NCBI RefSeq assembly: GCF_041956535.1
Contig: NW_027192208.1
Coordinates: forward strand, 506,492-570,491
Reading direction: 5' to 3'
Length of the DNA stretch: 64,000 nucleotides
Source of the DNA: Calcarisporiella thermophila CBS 279.70
Lineage: Eukaryota; Fungi; Calcarisporiellomycota
Position 1 is the stretch's first letter, and each line of letters begins with the position of its first letter. The translations under genes were made by a program, and so were the position numbers. The notes beneath the pieces were generated by a model. That model searched no databases. It was given only the letters and a program-made list of their open reading frames with translations, and was not told the origin of the DNA. This document shows, one piece after another, positions 47,401-59,211 of the stretch.

Positions 47401-49289
47401 CTCCGAAAGCTTCCGTGTAGTAACTGTCGCCACTCTCCTGCACCGTCTCATTCAGGCACTTCGTTGTCAAAGCAGCGGAGTCATTTACAAATTGCCCAAA
47501 GATGGAAACAGTACATAGGATGTCGAGGGGCATGACATCCAGAAGCTGGCGAATCATCTGCGTCACGCCAAGAAGTCCACTGCCGTAATCATAGAAAGAG
47601 AATTCGTCGTGCGAGCTGGTTGATAGGCTGAACGCATATAAATTAATTGCCATGGAATTAATCTATTGTCGGCCACATCCGATCGACTTACTCGTTTATC
47701 ATGGACAACACACCACGCATCACCGTCTCCGCATGCTTTTTCATTTGATCAGGATTTTCAAAGAGGCTACCGTGCAAGCCTGCAAATTGAACCAAGCATT
47801 GCAAAACTTGGTGCGACATGACCTCCTCTTCACGCACAGCCTTGTAGAGCTGATCAAAGAGAATATAAGTTAAGCTTACTGGTATAGCTAGCCCTTAAGC
47901 GAACAATTCCAGTACCTTAAAAAAAATTTCAAGCACCTCATGGTTCAATAGGAGATCACGCCAATTGGGTGGAAAAGCCGGCGATTTAGATCGAATTGGC
48001 ACGTCGTCATCAACATCGCCATCCTTTGCGAAAAACCCAGCCAATACATTGTCGTCTAAAGACGCATTTATATTATAAGTATCATTCCAGAATAGAACCA
48101 AATTTTATGCTACCTGTCGAAGCAAAATCCCAGTTCATAATCTTTTCCGATAAAGACACGCTCTGCGCAAGTAATGTGTTCTCCGCGGGGTTTGCGTGTG
48201 TGTTATCACTAAATTTCATATGTAGGTGAGCGACCTGCTGGTGAAGAATCTGGAGTACAATCTCGAAAATGCGACGTAAATAATAAGACTGGGAAGAATG
48301 GGAAGATAAGTTTTGGATATAGAGGTAAGGATATAATAAACATCTCCCTAAAAATGAGATTCCATTTACTTCGAAAAGCTCTCTGCATTTTTGGTGGAAA
48401 TTCCAGGTCAAACCGACACTAGATGCCTTGGTACTCGAAAATTCGTCCACCAGAGCGTTGCAAATGCTCACGGCCAACAGGTGCTGCAAATCATAGTAAG
48501 GAGTGAGTGAGTCAATTGTTTGAAAGAGAGACGGATAAATGCCCGATATACCTCCTGGGAACCCATATTCAGACAATCGTGAATATTCTTGATGATTGCC
48601 TCTCGATCAGCCTCCGAGCACTCGGGAAACCCTCGTTTCGTTACGACGGCAAATGCCTATTGAAATAAAGGATGGTATTGATATGATGAGTATATAAGGT
48701 GTTAGAAATTGGATATATAATGATAGCACAACCTGTAGCAATTGATCTCGCACATATCGAACAAGGCTATTAAAGGATACGGACATCAGCAATATATATA
48801 TTTCCACAAATTCCATTAAAACCTACTTTGGCCGGTGGGCGCAATACCCTAGTAAATAATTCTGCAGATTTGACAAATCCTCCTTGGAATAGAGAGCATA
48901 TTCGCGCACTATTCCTTCTTTGATGGCGGAAGCAGCCTGAAACTGCACATAAGGCGTTGTAGTATGATCTAAAAGAAAAGCCGTTGAATAAATGGAGCTA
49001 ATGATAATGAATTTTGTAATGTAGTGAGAATTACCTAGGATATATTTGCAAACAGGAAGGATGTTAGGGGTTTGGCGGAAGTTAAGAAGTACTTGCTCGG
49101 CGTTGTGGCGAGCTGAGGCGACCTGGGAATGAAAATTACAATCAAGATTTAGCATATATATGGCATTAGCATCGTGCTCTTCTACACGTCTTATTCATCA
49201 TTGTTCTACATTTCATTCACTGAGTCGGTACCAACCTGAAAGTCCGCGCATGCCTTTTCGATCTGCGCCAAAATGGCCGTGTAATCCAT
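44402..49289 (-). CDS. XPO4: Exportin-4 (importin-beta family), many exons
   Basis: 'IEKACADFQ...AEQVLLNFRQ', 'EFSSTKASSVGLTWNFHQKC', 'HIHWLILIAGHVLAD...GEKPLVP', 'WFLERWGQTYL', and C-terminal 'FLMNVRGFLRVK'. Confidence 0.88.
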
Positions 49290-49455
49290 GATCTCGTTGA
49301 GATGTTCAATTGGTGAACACAAGGGATCTTTAAAACGATTCTCGAGAAATAAGTATAAATTGCGCCACCGGATCCTCAAACAGTCACAATTCCAATATTG
49401 AGTAAACAACCTGTACAGATATTTTGTAGAGGTAAGATCAAGTAAATCTAAAATA

Positions 49456-50922
49456 ATGAGCGCTCCATCGGAGAACAGGCGCAAGGACATCGTGCTTAAC
49501 CTTGTGCTCGATACGGCCGCTTTTGTTCGGCAAGTACCTTTGCGTCATCTCGCTCAAAACTTCGTGACAATCCCCGAGGTGTTAGCGGAAGTCCGCGATG
49601 AACGGGCGCGAGAGTACCTGAATAATCTTCCCTTTAAAATCCAAGTGCGCACGCCCACGGAAGAAGCAGTCAAAGCCGGTATTTTGTCTAGATCTTGCTA
49701 AAGTTTAAAAATTTTTCTCTCTAATATGAGGTATATAGTTGTAAGCTTTTCGAAGAAAACTGGTGATTTCCCCAGCTTGTCGATGGTAGACTTGAAGGTC
49801 CTAGCTCTAGCATACATGGTTGAGGTTGAATGCAATGGAACCCGACGTCTACGGACAGAACCCCAGAGACCAAAGACATTTAACGGACCCAAGCCAAGAC
49901 AAAACGAAAAAGTGGAGACAACAGAAACCGTGGCACCTAATAATGAAGAAGAAATTTCAGTCGAAAATCAGGAAACCAACGACAATGAGGAAGCAGCAGA
50001 GGCAGAAGATCAACAGGAACAAATAGAGAAGAAGAAGGAGGAGGAGGAGGAGGAGGAGGAGGTAGAAGTAGTGGTTGAAAATGAGAATCAAGAAAGAGAT
50101 TCCAAAGAAGAACATATCGATAATGCTGAAGACATAGTCGCGGAATCAGTCGACAGTATCACCAGCCAAATTAACACTATATCCCTTAATGGCACCACTG
50201 CTACATCCGAAATTCCCGATAATACGCCAATTTCAACAGATACTGTCAAGGAAGTAAATGAGGATGAAATTGAAGATGATGACGAAGGAGAGTGGATCAC
50301 TCCCGATAACGTACATCAGCACAAGGAAAAAGCATATGGGCTCCTGCCCGGCCAGCGCTCTTCTCGCCGCACCATAATCAAATCCGCCTGTATGACCGGC
50401 GATTTCGCAATGCAGAACGTGATTCTTCAAATGGGTATGAATTTGCTCTCTGTTGATGGCCTCCGAATCCGCCGCCTTAAATCCTATGTCCTACGGTGCC
50501 ACGCTTGCTATAAGATCACCACTGACATGGAGCGAAAATTCTGCCAGTCATGCGGAAATGCAACTTTAATAAGGACATCGTGCACTGTAGATGAGCACGG
50601 CAATGTTACATATTATCTTAAAAAAGATTTCAAATACAATCTTCGAGGAACGAAATATTCGATCCCGGATCCTAAAGGAGGGCGGTGGCAATCCAACAAG
50701 GACTTACTTCTTCGCGAAGATCAGGTGGAGTATCAGCGTGAGTTGAAACGATCGCAGCGGGCCAAGGAAAAGGCGCTCAAATCCGATGTGTTTGATCCAG
50801 ACTACATACCCTCTTTGATTAGCGGCACACATAGCAATTTAATGGGGCCAACCATTGGGTATGGCCGGAAAAATCCAAATGAAAGGAGAAGAACTGGAAA
50901 TAAGAAGAAAAAGAACAAATAA
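49456..50922 (+). CDS. NOB1: 20S pre-rRNA D-site endonuclease Nob1 (2 exons)
   Basis: PIN 'LVLDTAAF', 'TGDFPSLSMVDLKVLAL', 'GEWITPDN', 'TGDFAMQNV', and zinc ribbon 'CHAC...CQSCGN'. Intron 49679-49738. Confidence 0.95.
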
Positions 50923-51099
50923 CCTGTATCCTCTATATAATTAGTTTTTTTTATCAATGTTTCCCGCACGTATTTATAGCCATTTATGTTTCTTTGTGTA
51001 TTTGGCTTTTTCCTCCTCCTTTATTGAAGGCATTGGCTTACAACATATATAAACATTTAAAATAATCATTCTCCATACTCCAGATAAATATGAGCCTGT

Positions 51100-52596
51100 C
51101 TATTTCGGCTTCTTATTATCTTCTTTCTCTTCTATATCTTTTGCTAACTTCTCCAAGTCTACATCTTTCTCTAACACGTCTTTCAGCGATATTTTTGCAG
51201 AACCGCGTTCAATTGGTTTTCGTTGTGTAGGCGAAGGCTTCCATCCAATCTAAGTGTCAGGGTAATAATAGCTTAATATACTATCGTTCAGCGGGAGAAT
51301 GCGGAAGCTTACCATATGTACAATCTGAAAACTCGCGGGTATACTCCCATCTGGATTCCCATGAAGTTCTAAAAACGTATACTTGAATAAGTGGCCAGAC
51401 TTTTCAGTAGAACTAAAGAACATTTTACCCTTATAGATTGCCGCTGCCGCAAGTAGATTATCTCGTTTCAGTAGTGGCCGCCTAAGAATGATAAAGCGAT
51501 TGTTAATTTGGTCGCTTAAATCGTATAGGTTGAAAACATAGAGCGAATGAATAGTACCTGCTCAGTACCGCATTGCTCTCGCCCATCATTCGCAGATCCT
51601 CCATCAGTTCAAAGGGACTTGGATAGTTAACCACCACCTCGTCCACATCCACAGTTGTGATAGTGAAACCAGCGCGCGAAAGCAGGCCGCCAGCATCTCT
51701 TATCTCTATGTTAAAATCTTTTGCATTTAGCCTCCAGTGACAGGATAACCACCAATGAAAAAACTAACGGATCATCGGCGAAATACGTGGGGATATTCCT
51801 CCCTCGCGTTCAAGATCTGCAAGCTGTAAGGCACCTCGCAATTCAAAGAGGGTGTCTCCTCCAAACATCGATGCAATAAACACTCCGTCTTCTCGAAGGG
51901 CTTTATTGGCTTGAATAAGGGCTCCCGGTAAGTCGTTTACCCAATGTAATGATAGATTGCTCACGATAGCATCAAAAGTGTTCTCTTTAAAAGGGAGAAG
52001 TTCTTCATCGGTTTGAACCCGTTCAATTTCAACTAACAAGTCATAAAAGTATTAGGGTCGCGTATATAATTGGCGATGAGAGGTAAATACTCACACTCGT
52101 ATTCGGAATCCTTCTCTGCATCCCGGTAGAGCATGTTCTCTATCGATAGGGATCATGAGGTCAATTAGTTGAGTTCAAGTATAGGTACAATATAAACTCA
52201 TGATCATACTTGACATATCGCACATGACCAGCTTTTTTACAATCCCATTCTTTAGGTATTTACTGACATGTCCACATCCACTCCCAAGGTCCAATACCGT
52301 GCCAAAGTCTCTCTTCACATCCTTTAATACGAAATTAATAAATGTGAATGAAACATTTCCTACACTATGAATTTTACCAATAACCGATCCACAACACGCT
52401 CTGCAATCTCATCCTTCAGATAATCAACTTGTCGACTTGCAACGGGATCGAAGGATGCGCGTTCACGTTGAAGCCGTTTGGCATTGCGATCGAAAACGGT
52501 GAACGCTGATGTATTGGTGGTGGAATATGGAGAGTGATGGAGGAGGGGTACCGTGGGCCGAAGGAAAAATGAAAGACGGCTAATCGAGCTTGGCAT
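51100..52596 (-). CDS. NDUFAF5: Complex I assembly factor NDUFAF5 (SAM-dependent methyltransferase fold, arginine hydroxylase), many short exons
   Basis: '[14 protein letters not shown]', 'DYLKDEIA', 'LDLGSGCG', '[11 protein letters not shown]', '[12 protein letters not shown]', '[10 protein letters not shown]' and 'IGWKP'. Confidence 0.92.
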
Positions 52597-53619
52597 AACT
52601 ATGAATCCCTACACAAACTCCTCTATCGTATTCAGTAGATCGAAGTAATTACATTTCAACGTGACTGCATGGGCGCAGCTGAATGCCGCGAATTCGCAGA
52701 CTCTAAGTAGGACCAAACTAGTGTTGATATTAGGTTTCCCTAATGATGAAAATACACTACAGGAGAGATAGATCCATGGAGGTCAAGCTCGGTGGCTAAT
52801 AATTGTTATAGTTTATTAGAAAAAGGTTCATGGGGGATAAATGAGAGGCTAGAACAAAGAACAAAATACTTGAACACTTTTACAATTGAAAATTGTATTA
52901 ATTGTATTAAATGAAATTCAATTAAGTGAGCCCATAAGAGGCTTCAGGGAGTACAAAAAAATATCGCATATCTGCACAAATATAACCTTGTATATCTTTT
53001 TCAAGTGAACGCTGTCTTATTTTGTGACTGTATGGATTCAAAGAGGATATTGCATTAGCAAATTCGAGTTTCGCTACTTCTTTCACACGGCCTCATGATT
53101 TTTAACGCGTCAATCAACACTGGCAACAAATCTCACCCTTATGCTCTCGAACCTCACTAGAAAAGGCCGTGCCATGACTCTGGTATACACCCGAGAAATG
53201 CATATGTCAAATGCGAGATAGGGTGGCGTTTGGTGTTATTTAGTAAGAGATGATGCATGTTGCCTCCAATAAATGGATCATGGCATATCATTTCAGATTC
53301 AGTTTTCCTGTGCCGATACCCGACGAGACAATCAGGAATAAGGTGATATCGTGATGCGATTAAAGCTATGTCTATATTGCTCTAGTGATAAGAGGGGGCT
53401 GTCAGTGTGCAGGACGACCCCCCATGCCTCCATAGACCCGGCCGTCTCCTGCCCTAGCGATCCCATGAAATCAGGACCGGATAAACCCGTAGTATAAATT
53501 AAACCAGGAAAGGCGTACAATAGCTTCATTCCATTTCCCGCTACATCCCTTATTGTCATTAGACGGTTAGAAGCGCACTCAGCGAGGTTGCCCAAAATTG
53601 AAGCCCCGATAGTGAATTC

Positions 53620-53684
53620 ACGCGTTTTGCAAACTTAAATTTCACGCGTCTTATTCCATAAACCTCTCTTTGTCTCCAACGCGT
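53620..53684. promoter_or_regulatory. Cluster of three perfect MCB elements (ACGCGT)
   Basis: ACGCGT at 53620-53625, 53644-53649 and 53679-53684, about 180-240 bp upstream of ATG 53862; a fourth copy at 53105-53110. Confidence 0.6.
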
Positions 53685-53861
53685 TATTATTCTCCTGTTT
53701 ATTTACTAAGCCTGCGATCCTGTCCATCTTGTTAGTCTTCATTTCTCTCTCGGCAAGGGAGGTGCCCCATTTCCTTCCCTCTTACTCCCCCCTCTCCCCC
53801 CAATACAACCAAATCGCAATTCTTACCGACTGTCCAAAGGCTTCTTCGAGTATTCAAACAA

Positions 53862-55228
53862 ATGGTCACGTACAACAACGGCAAAGATCCTGCTCGCCCA
53901 CGTTCTACCTCTGAATCCAGCACTTCTGTCCCATCAAACCCAACTGTAGCTCCTTCGCCCTTTCCCCTGGGAGGCGTTGCACGAGGAATGCATCAAATAA
54001 GATATATGGTTCCACCGGGGGCGCTAGCAGCAAGCGAATTCCTACAAGAGGAAGAGTCGAACACGGCGCCGTCCACCCCCCGTGCTGCACAGGCTCATCC
54101 ACAGGCCACAACGGCAATGACCCAGACGATATATACATCAATGTTTTTGGAGCAATTGCCGCATGCGGCTCTCTCTCAACCCCATTCTTCCGGGAGTTCA
54201 CAGAGAAGAGAGGGAGAAAGAGAGAGTAGGAGGCGAGAGCGAAGGGCAACAGGACACCCGCCGCCAGCTGCATTCATTATACCACCTCCTCCGCAATTTA
54301 TGGAGGCGCCTCAGCGATTTCCTCCTGGCGATTCCGCTACACAATTACAAGCAGCGACTGCATTTTTCCCGCCTGCCTTCCACCTACCGTATGGTTTCCA
54401 TCCCCATGTGGTGTACGCTGCTCCCTCATCAATGGCATCTCTGGCACCCACCTCCGAGCAACAACAGGGGGGTTTTACCGATGCCAGGATTGTGGATCTA
54501 GACAGTGAAGGTAACGATTGCCCCTCGACTCATGCCGCTCTAATTTGACCAATGTTCTCTATATAGGTGCAAATAGTCAGGCAAAAGCAGCAGGCAATGT
54601 CCAAGCGCTCAATCAATCCTCTCACCCGCAAGTGTCTACTGTCTCCCCCTCCACCCACTCCCAGCAATTCCACCCGCAGCAATATTCATTTCAACCTCCA
54701 GCTCAACCCCAATACCCTGCCGCTACTCCCCCCGCCACCACCTCTACCACGGCTTCCACTCGCAGCGAAACCTCCGATATCGAGCTTGAAGAATTACGCC
54801 GCCAAATCATCGAGCTTCAAATCGAGCGAGATGAATTTTACCGCCAGGAGAAAGAGCACCGTCAGCGCGAACACAAGATCCTTGAGAAATTGGCACGCGG
54901 CCAAGTATTTTTGCAGCGCATTTTGGCCGAGCAGGGACTCTTCGAGCCACCTCCGCCCGCCCGAACATCGTCAAGATTCCCCGCCACCACACTGAGAGAA
55001 GGCAGAAGAGATGTACGGAGATATCCTTATGGGTATTGGCCTTATGAGGGATATGATGATGAGGAAGGATATGGATATTCGCCTGAGCTATATCTTTACG
55101 GGAATGACGGAGAGAGCAGCTATGAGGAAGAGGAAGCATACTATGGTAGAGATCAAGAGAGGGAGAGTGATGAGGGCAGCCGCAGGAGAGCAGGAAAGCA
55201 TCGTCGAAGAAGGAAGAGTTGGTACTAG
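53862..55228 (+). CDS. Hypothetical low-complexity protein with a short coiled coil and a basic C-terminus (2 exons)
   Basis: Two long ORFs joined by a GTAACG...TATAG intron (~54510-54566). Coiled coil 'ELEELRRQIIELQIERDEF...'; NLS-like 'RRRAGKHRRRRK'. Confidence 0.65.
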
Positions 55229-55494
55229 AGATATAGCGAGTGGGCGCATCGACCGAACTTTTCTGAGAGAGAAGATGGGAGAAAAGCCACAAATCCACTG
55301 CTGTTTAATTTATTAAATAATTCAATTAATAGAGAGAAATATCGTTTCATTTCGAGAAGGAAGAGAATGTGAGAGAAGGAGGTGTAATGTATGTAGAAAT
55401 GCACAAAATACAAGCAAGCAAAATGAAACCTATAGCTAATTCGCATAGCTATATACAATAAACAAATAAATAATAGATAAATAGATAATGGAAG

Positions 55495-57314
55495 CTAGAA
55501 TTTTCTAAACGCCGCCCAACACAGGCCGAATCCAGCCAGGATGTCTGAGATTTGGGTGATCGCATACAGGGTCGTCAAGGCGGCCATGAGCCGGAGCTCG
55601 CGCCGCAGCTGGAAAAACTGCAAACCAAACCCAATGCTTACAAAACTGCACGTGGAGAACCATTCCCCAACGGTGAAGCAGAATTCGTTGACCTCAGCAC
55701 GGTGCTTGGGGTTGATAGCGGTATTGAAGATGACGGCCGTCATGATGAAACCAAGAACAAACTTGGGAAACCTAAAATCAGAAGAAGAAACACGCCAGTT
55801 ATAAGCACACACAAGAGAAAGGAGGGGGAGGCTCTTCTCATGTACCTTTGCCAAAGACTTCTCAAGCTGTCCATGATTCCAGACTTTTTCCTCGGCTTTG
55901 TCTCCCCGTTGCCGAGGATTCTTTCTTCTTCAGCCAACTCCCTTTGTTTCTCCACGTGAGTCCAAAAGGCGGCTACTCCTACACTGATCGGTCCAATAAG
56001 CACGTTTTGCATCATCTTGACGACGGCAGCGGAGTCAATTGCAGCCTTGCTTCCATAGATGGTTGCACTGGCAATGACGGCACCTGTACTATCCACGGCA
56101 CCACCAAACCAAGCTCCAGCCATCTCGTCGGGAATCCGGAGTGCTTTGGCAACGTAGGGCATTGCGAGCAAACTGGGGATGGTGAATACTGAAATAATAG
56201 CTGTTTGCGAACGTAAAAACGGATCAGTATTCATTCCTCTTGTTACCATTGTGGCAGCAGCAACATCAATGTAGGTATTCAACACGCTTACCTATTGGCA
56301 TTTGCGCTTTCGTTGGCGTACCAAGGCTTGCGGCCAGCGCAACCGCTGCAGAGGATCCGCAAATGATGGAAGCACCTGCCATGATGATGGCGAGCTGGAT
56401 GTCTATACGTAGCCACTTGTAGCCCACAAAGTAGGCCATCAAGGGGAAGAGCAGTGGGGTGTCAATCCAGGAGACGAAGATGGCGCGGGAAGCAAGAGGT
56501 TTTAGCACGGATATATCGATGCTGAATCAAGATATCAAAACGAAGAGAGAGATAGTGGGATAAGAGCACTCAGCATATGAACTAGAAAAAAAGTGAAAGC
56601 TTACCAGAGCAAGACCAAGCTGATGGAGATGTAGAGCTCGGTTTGCATAGCAATCTTTAGCCACCGCGGAACCACTTCGCCTCGTACACACACGTTTCGC
56701 AGCACCATCCCGAACACAATGGCCCACACAGAATCCCCCAAACTGATGCTCTTGATGCCCTTTTGCGCAGCAAGCCACTTGGATATCATAGCCAGAAACC
56801 ACACGACCGCAAAACCAAAGGGAAAGAGTCGGTATGAGGGAGAGCGCAGCGAGGCAAGGCAAAGTGTGAGAAGAATGGTGGATATAGGGAAAAGGGCAAT
56901 CAGGCCGTAATTTCCTTTGGTGGCAAGAGAGGAGAAGGGATTGGCGGTCCAAGGGAGGAACTTGGGCTCGGGTATGTGGTGGCTCACACATGCTACGACA
57001 CAGCCTAGCAGAATAAAGCCAATCCAGCATGACCACCAATCCTCGGTGTTCCACCAGAGAAGTAGCGAGAGAAAGCGCTTTTTTCTCTGCTCATTGGGAT
57101 TCTGTTCCTGTTTCTTTACCGATTTGGAATCAGTGGTGGAGGCGGCTGAGGTCGATGGGGTTCGAGAACTTTGGGAGCATGTAGGATGCAATTCTTCTTC
57201 AATGCCGAGGTATAAGTTAGCGATGTCGGTGTTCGAGATCCCACTTGCGGATTTAGTCGTTCTTGCATGTAATTCCCCTAGCTCGAGGTCATCTTTTGCT
57301 ATACTCTTGCTCAT
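55495..57314 (-). CDS. YeiH/UPF0324 (putative sulfate exporter) family membrane protein, 4 exons
   Basis: About 12 hydrophobic segments with 'EDWWSCWIG', 'GASIICGSSAAVA', 'GAWFGGAVDSTGAVIA' and 'VKMMQNVLIGP'. Introns at 56522-56604, 56201-56291 and ~55772-55845. Confidence 0.82.
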
Positions 57315-59211
57315 GTCTATCGATTATTAAAGCCGTTGAGAGAAAAACTCGAGAAAAAAAAAAAGGAAATCCTATGGGGATTATATATCGGAAATGATTG
57401 GTTTCTGGCTAGAATAAAAAAATCGCTCTGCCGGTTTGAAAGCATTTCAGAAAATGCTTAGATTGGGGTCAAGTATGACTATTACCGTAGGTTGCCGAAC
57501 TATAAATATTGACTCAAATCGATTCGGCTGCGGATAGTTAATATGTCACTTTCCTAACGTAAATTACGATTAATTCCTGCCTTTTCACTTTTGAAGCGTC
57601 TGAAGCTTGTGCTAGGCTTAGCTAAGGATGAAATATGCTTTGGCCATAATTGAAATACTAAACTGCAGTAAAGTCGAGAAGCTGCTTGTCCAAAGGGAAG
57701 CTAAAACCAGGCCGTAGAGGTTTATTTATAGAAAACTTGTCTTGCACAAGGCTCTTAGCCTGTTCCCTCATTTAGCATTAAAATATCACATCTTCTAGAC
57801 AAGCTCGCGTGCCTTTAAGGTGTAAGTTTTCTGCCATCAGAGGCGAAGGTGAGGAGGCCGCTTCTAGTCTTTTGACTCGGTTCAATCACAGTAATATCTG
57901 GCATAACTGGGATGGAGTTTTCAATTTTTAGAGTAAATACTCCCTACTAAAATCCAGAGTCTTTCACTTTGAGTTAAGAGTTTAATTACTCTCCATAATT
58001 TTCAGAAAGAAACTTCCCCCAACTCTTCACTTGCTAAGTTTGGTTAGTATACAATATTTCATTTGCATGTAACTCGGTTGAAAGCCTACTCTAGCATTTA
58101 ACTCAATATTAACCATGCAGAAAACGAACTATCATGATAAAGGAAAACCACGCCCATAGAGCATCGGAGAGTCTGAAATTGAGTTGCTAGCCTGGTAAAA
58201 TGGGGGTAAAGCCAATTCACTCAACCTGAAACATATGGTCCGTGGAAATGTCAAGTTTCAGTAGACTTTGAGTAGTAGTGCAATTAGGTAGATATCATTA
58301 TCCATATTCTCTGTGTGGGACGCAGGCAAGCCAACTAATATCCATTAGATATACAATAATTGAGCCGCCCAAAATTATTTCCTATATATACTTCCCTAAA
58401 TACTCACAGGCAGTCTCTTACCATAAGTAACTTCGTATATCATGTTTCACACTAATGCTTGGCAACCCACAATTTTATGATTGGAGATATTAATATGAGA
58501 TGAACGTATTTTTTTTCTAAGCGGGATTTGAGTCTCTTGCACTCCTTTACTCTAACAATATTGCACATATTTCTCTTTCTCTGTACTATAGCAGCACTTA
58601 AATGTGAAATTTCGCCCTCCTCACCCATTGCAGATACTGTGAAAGCTATTCTACGTGAATGTTCTCCTGTGAACCTATTAGCATCAATGAGACTGGTTCT
58701 GACTGTAGGACAGATTGATTGAAACAGAGGAAAAAAATTGCTTGGCAACCCATTAAGGGGTTCGGTTGACTGGCAGCTTGACACGTGCTGAAGTTTAATG
58801 GAAATCTGGCAGCTTGGGTTAACAGAGTCGGTATCCAAATGCAATATAGCTGACAATGTGAGGACTTACGTTATATACACTATGTTATATACGTGCCATT
58901 CCAAAAAAGTATTTTCTTTTGAAGTCTCAACTCCTTTGTCCTGGGGTATGTTTGCTACATCTGTCTGAGTGACTTTCAAGTTTTAGCAGATTGGTTGGCA
59001 TTGGTTGAATTGGTATGAAAGCCAATTCCAGGAATAGTATAGCTATTGAAAAACTTGTCCTGTATTGGGGTATATTGAGGACGTTCAAGCCTTTAATAAA
59101 ATTAGGACAAACTATAATATGTTCGCTCCTCAATAATAAATAGAAGACATGCTACTAGTTAAATAGCTGGAAGCATTCGTTGTGCAGGTCGAACAGGAAT
59201 AAGCTACGCCC

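Noticed and set aside
58452-58856. 134-aa ORF in the YeiH-GDB1 intergenic region
   Set aside because: Non-ATG start, no motif, no clear splice structure.
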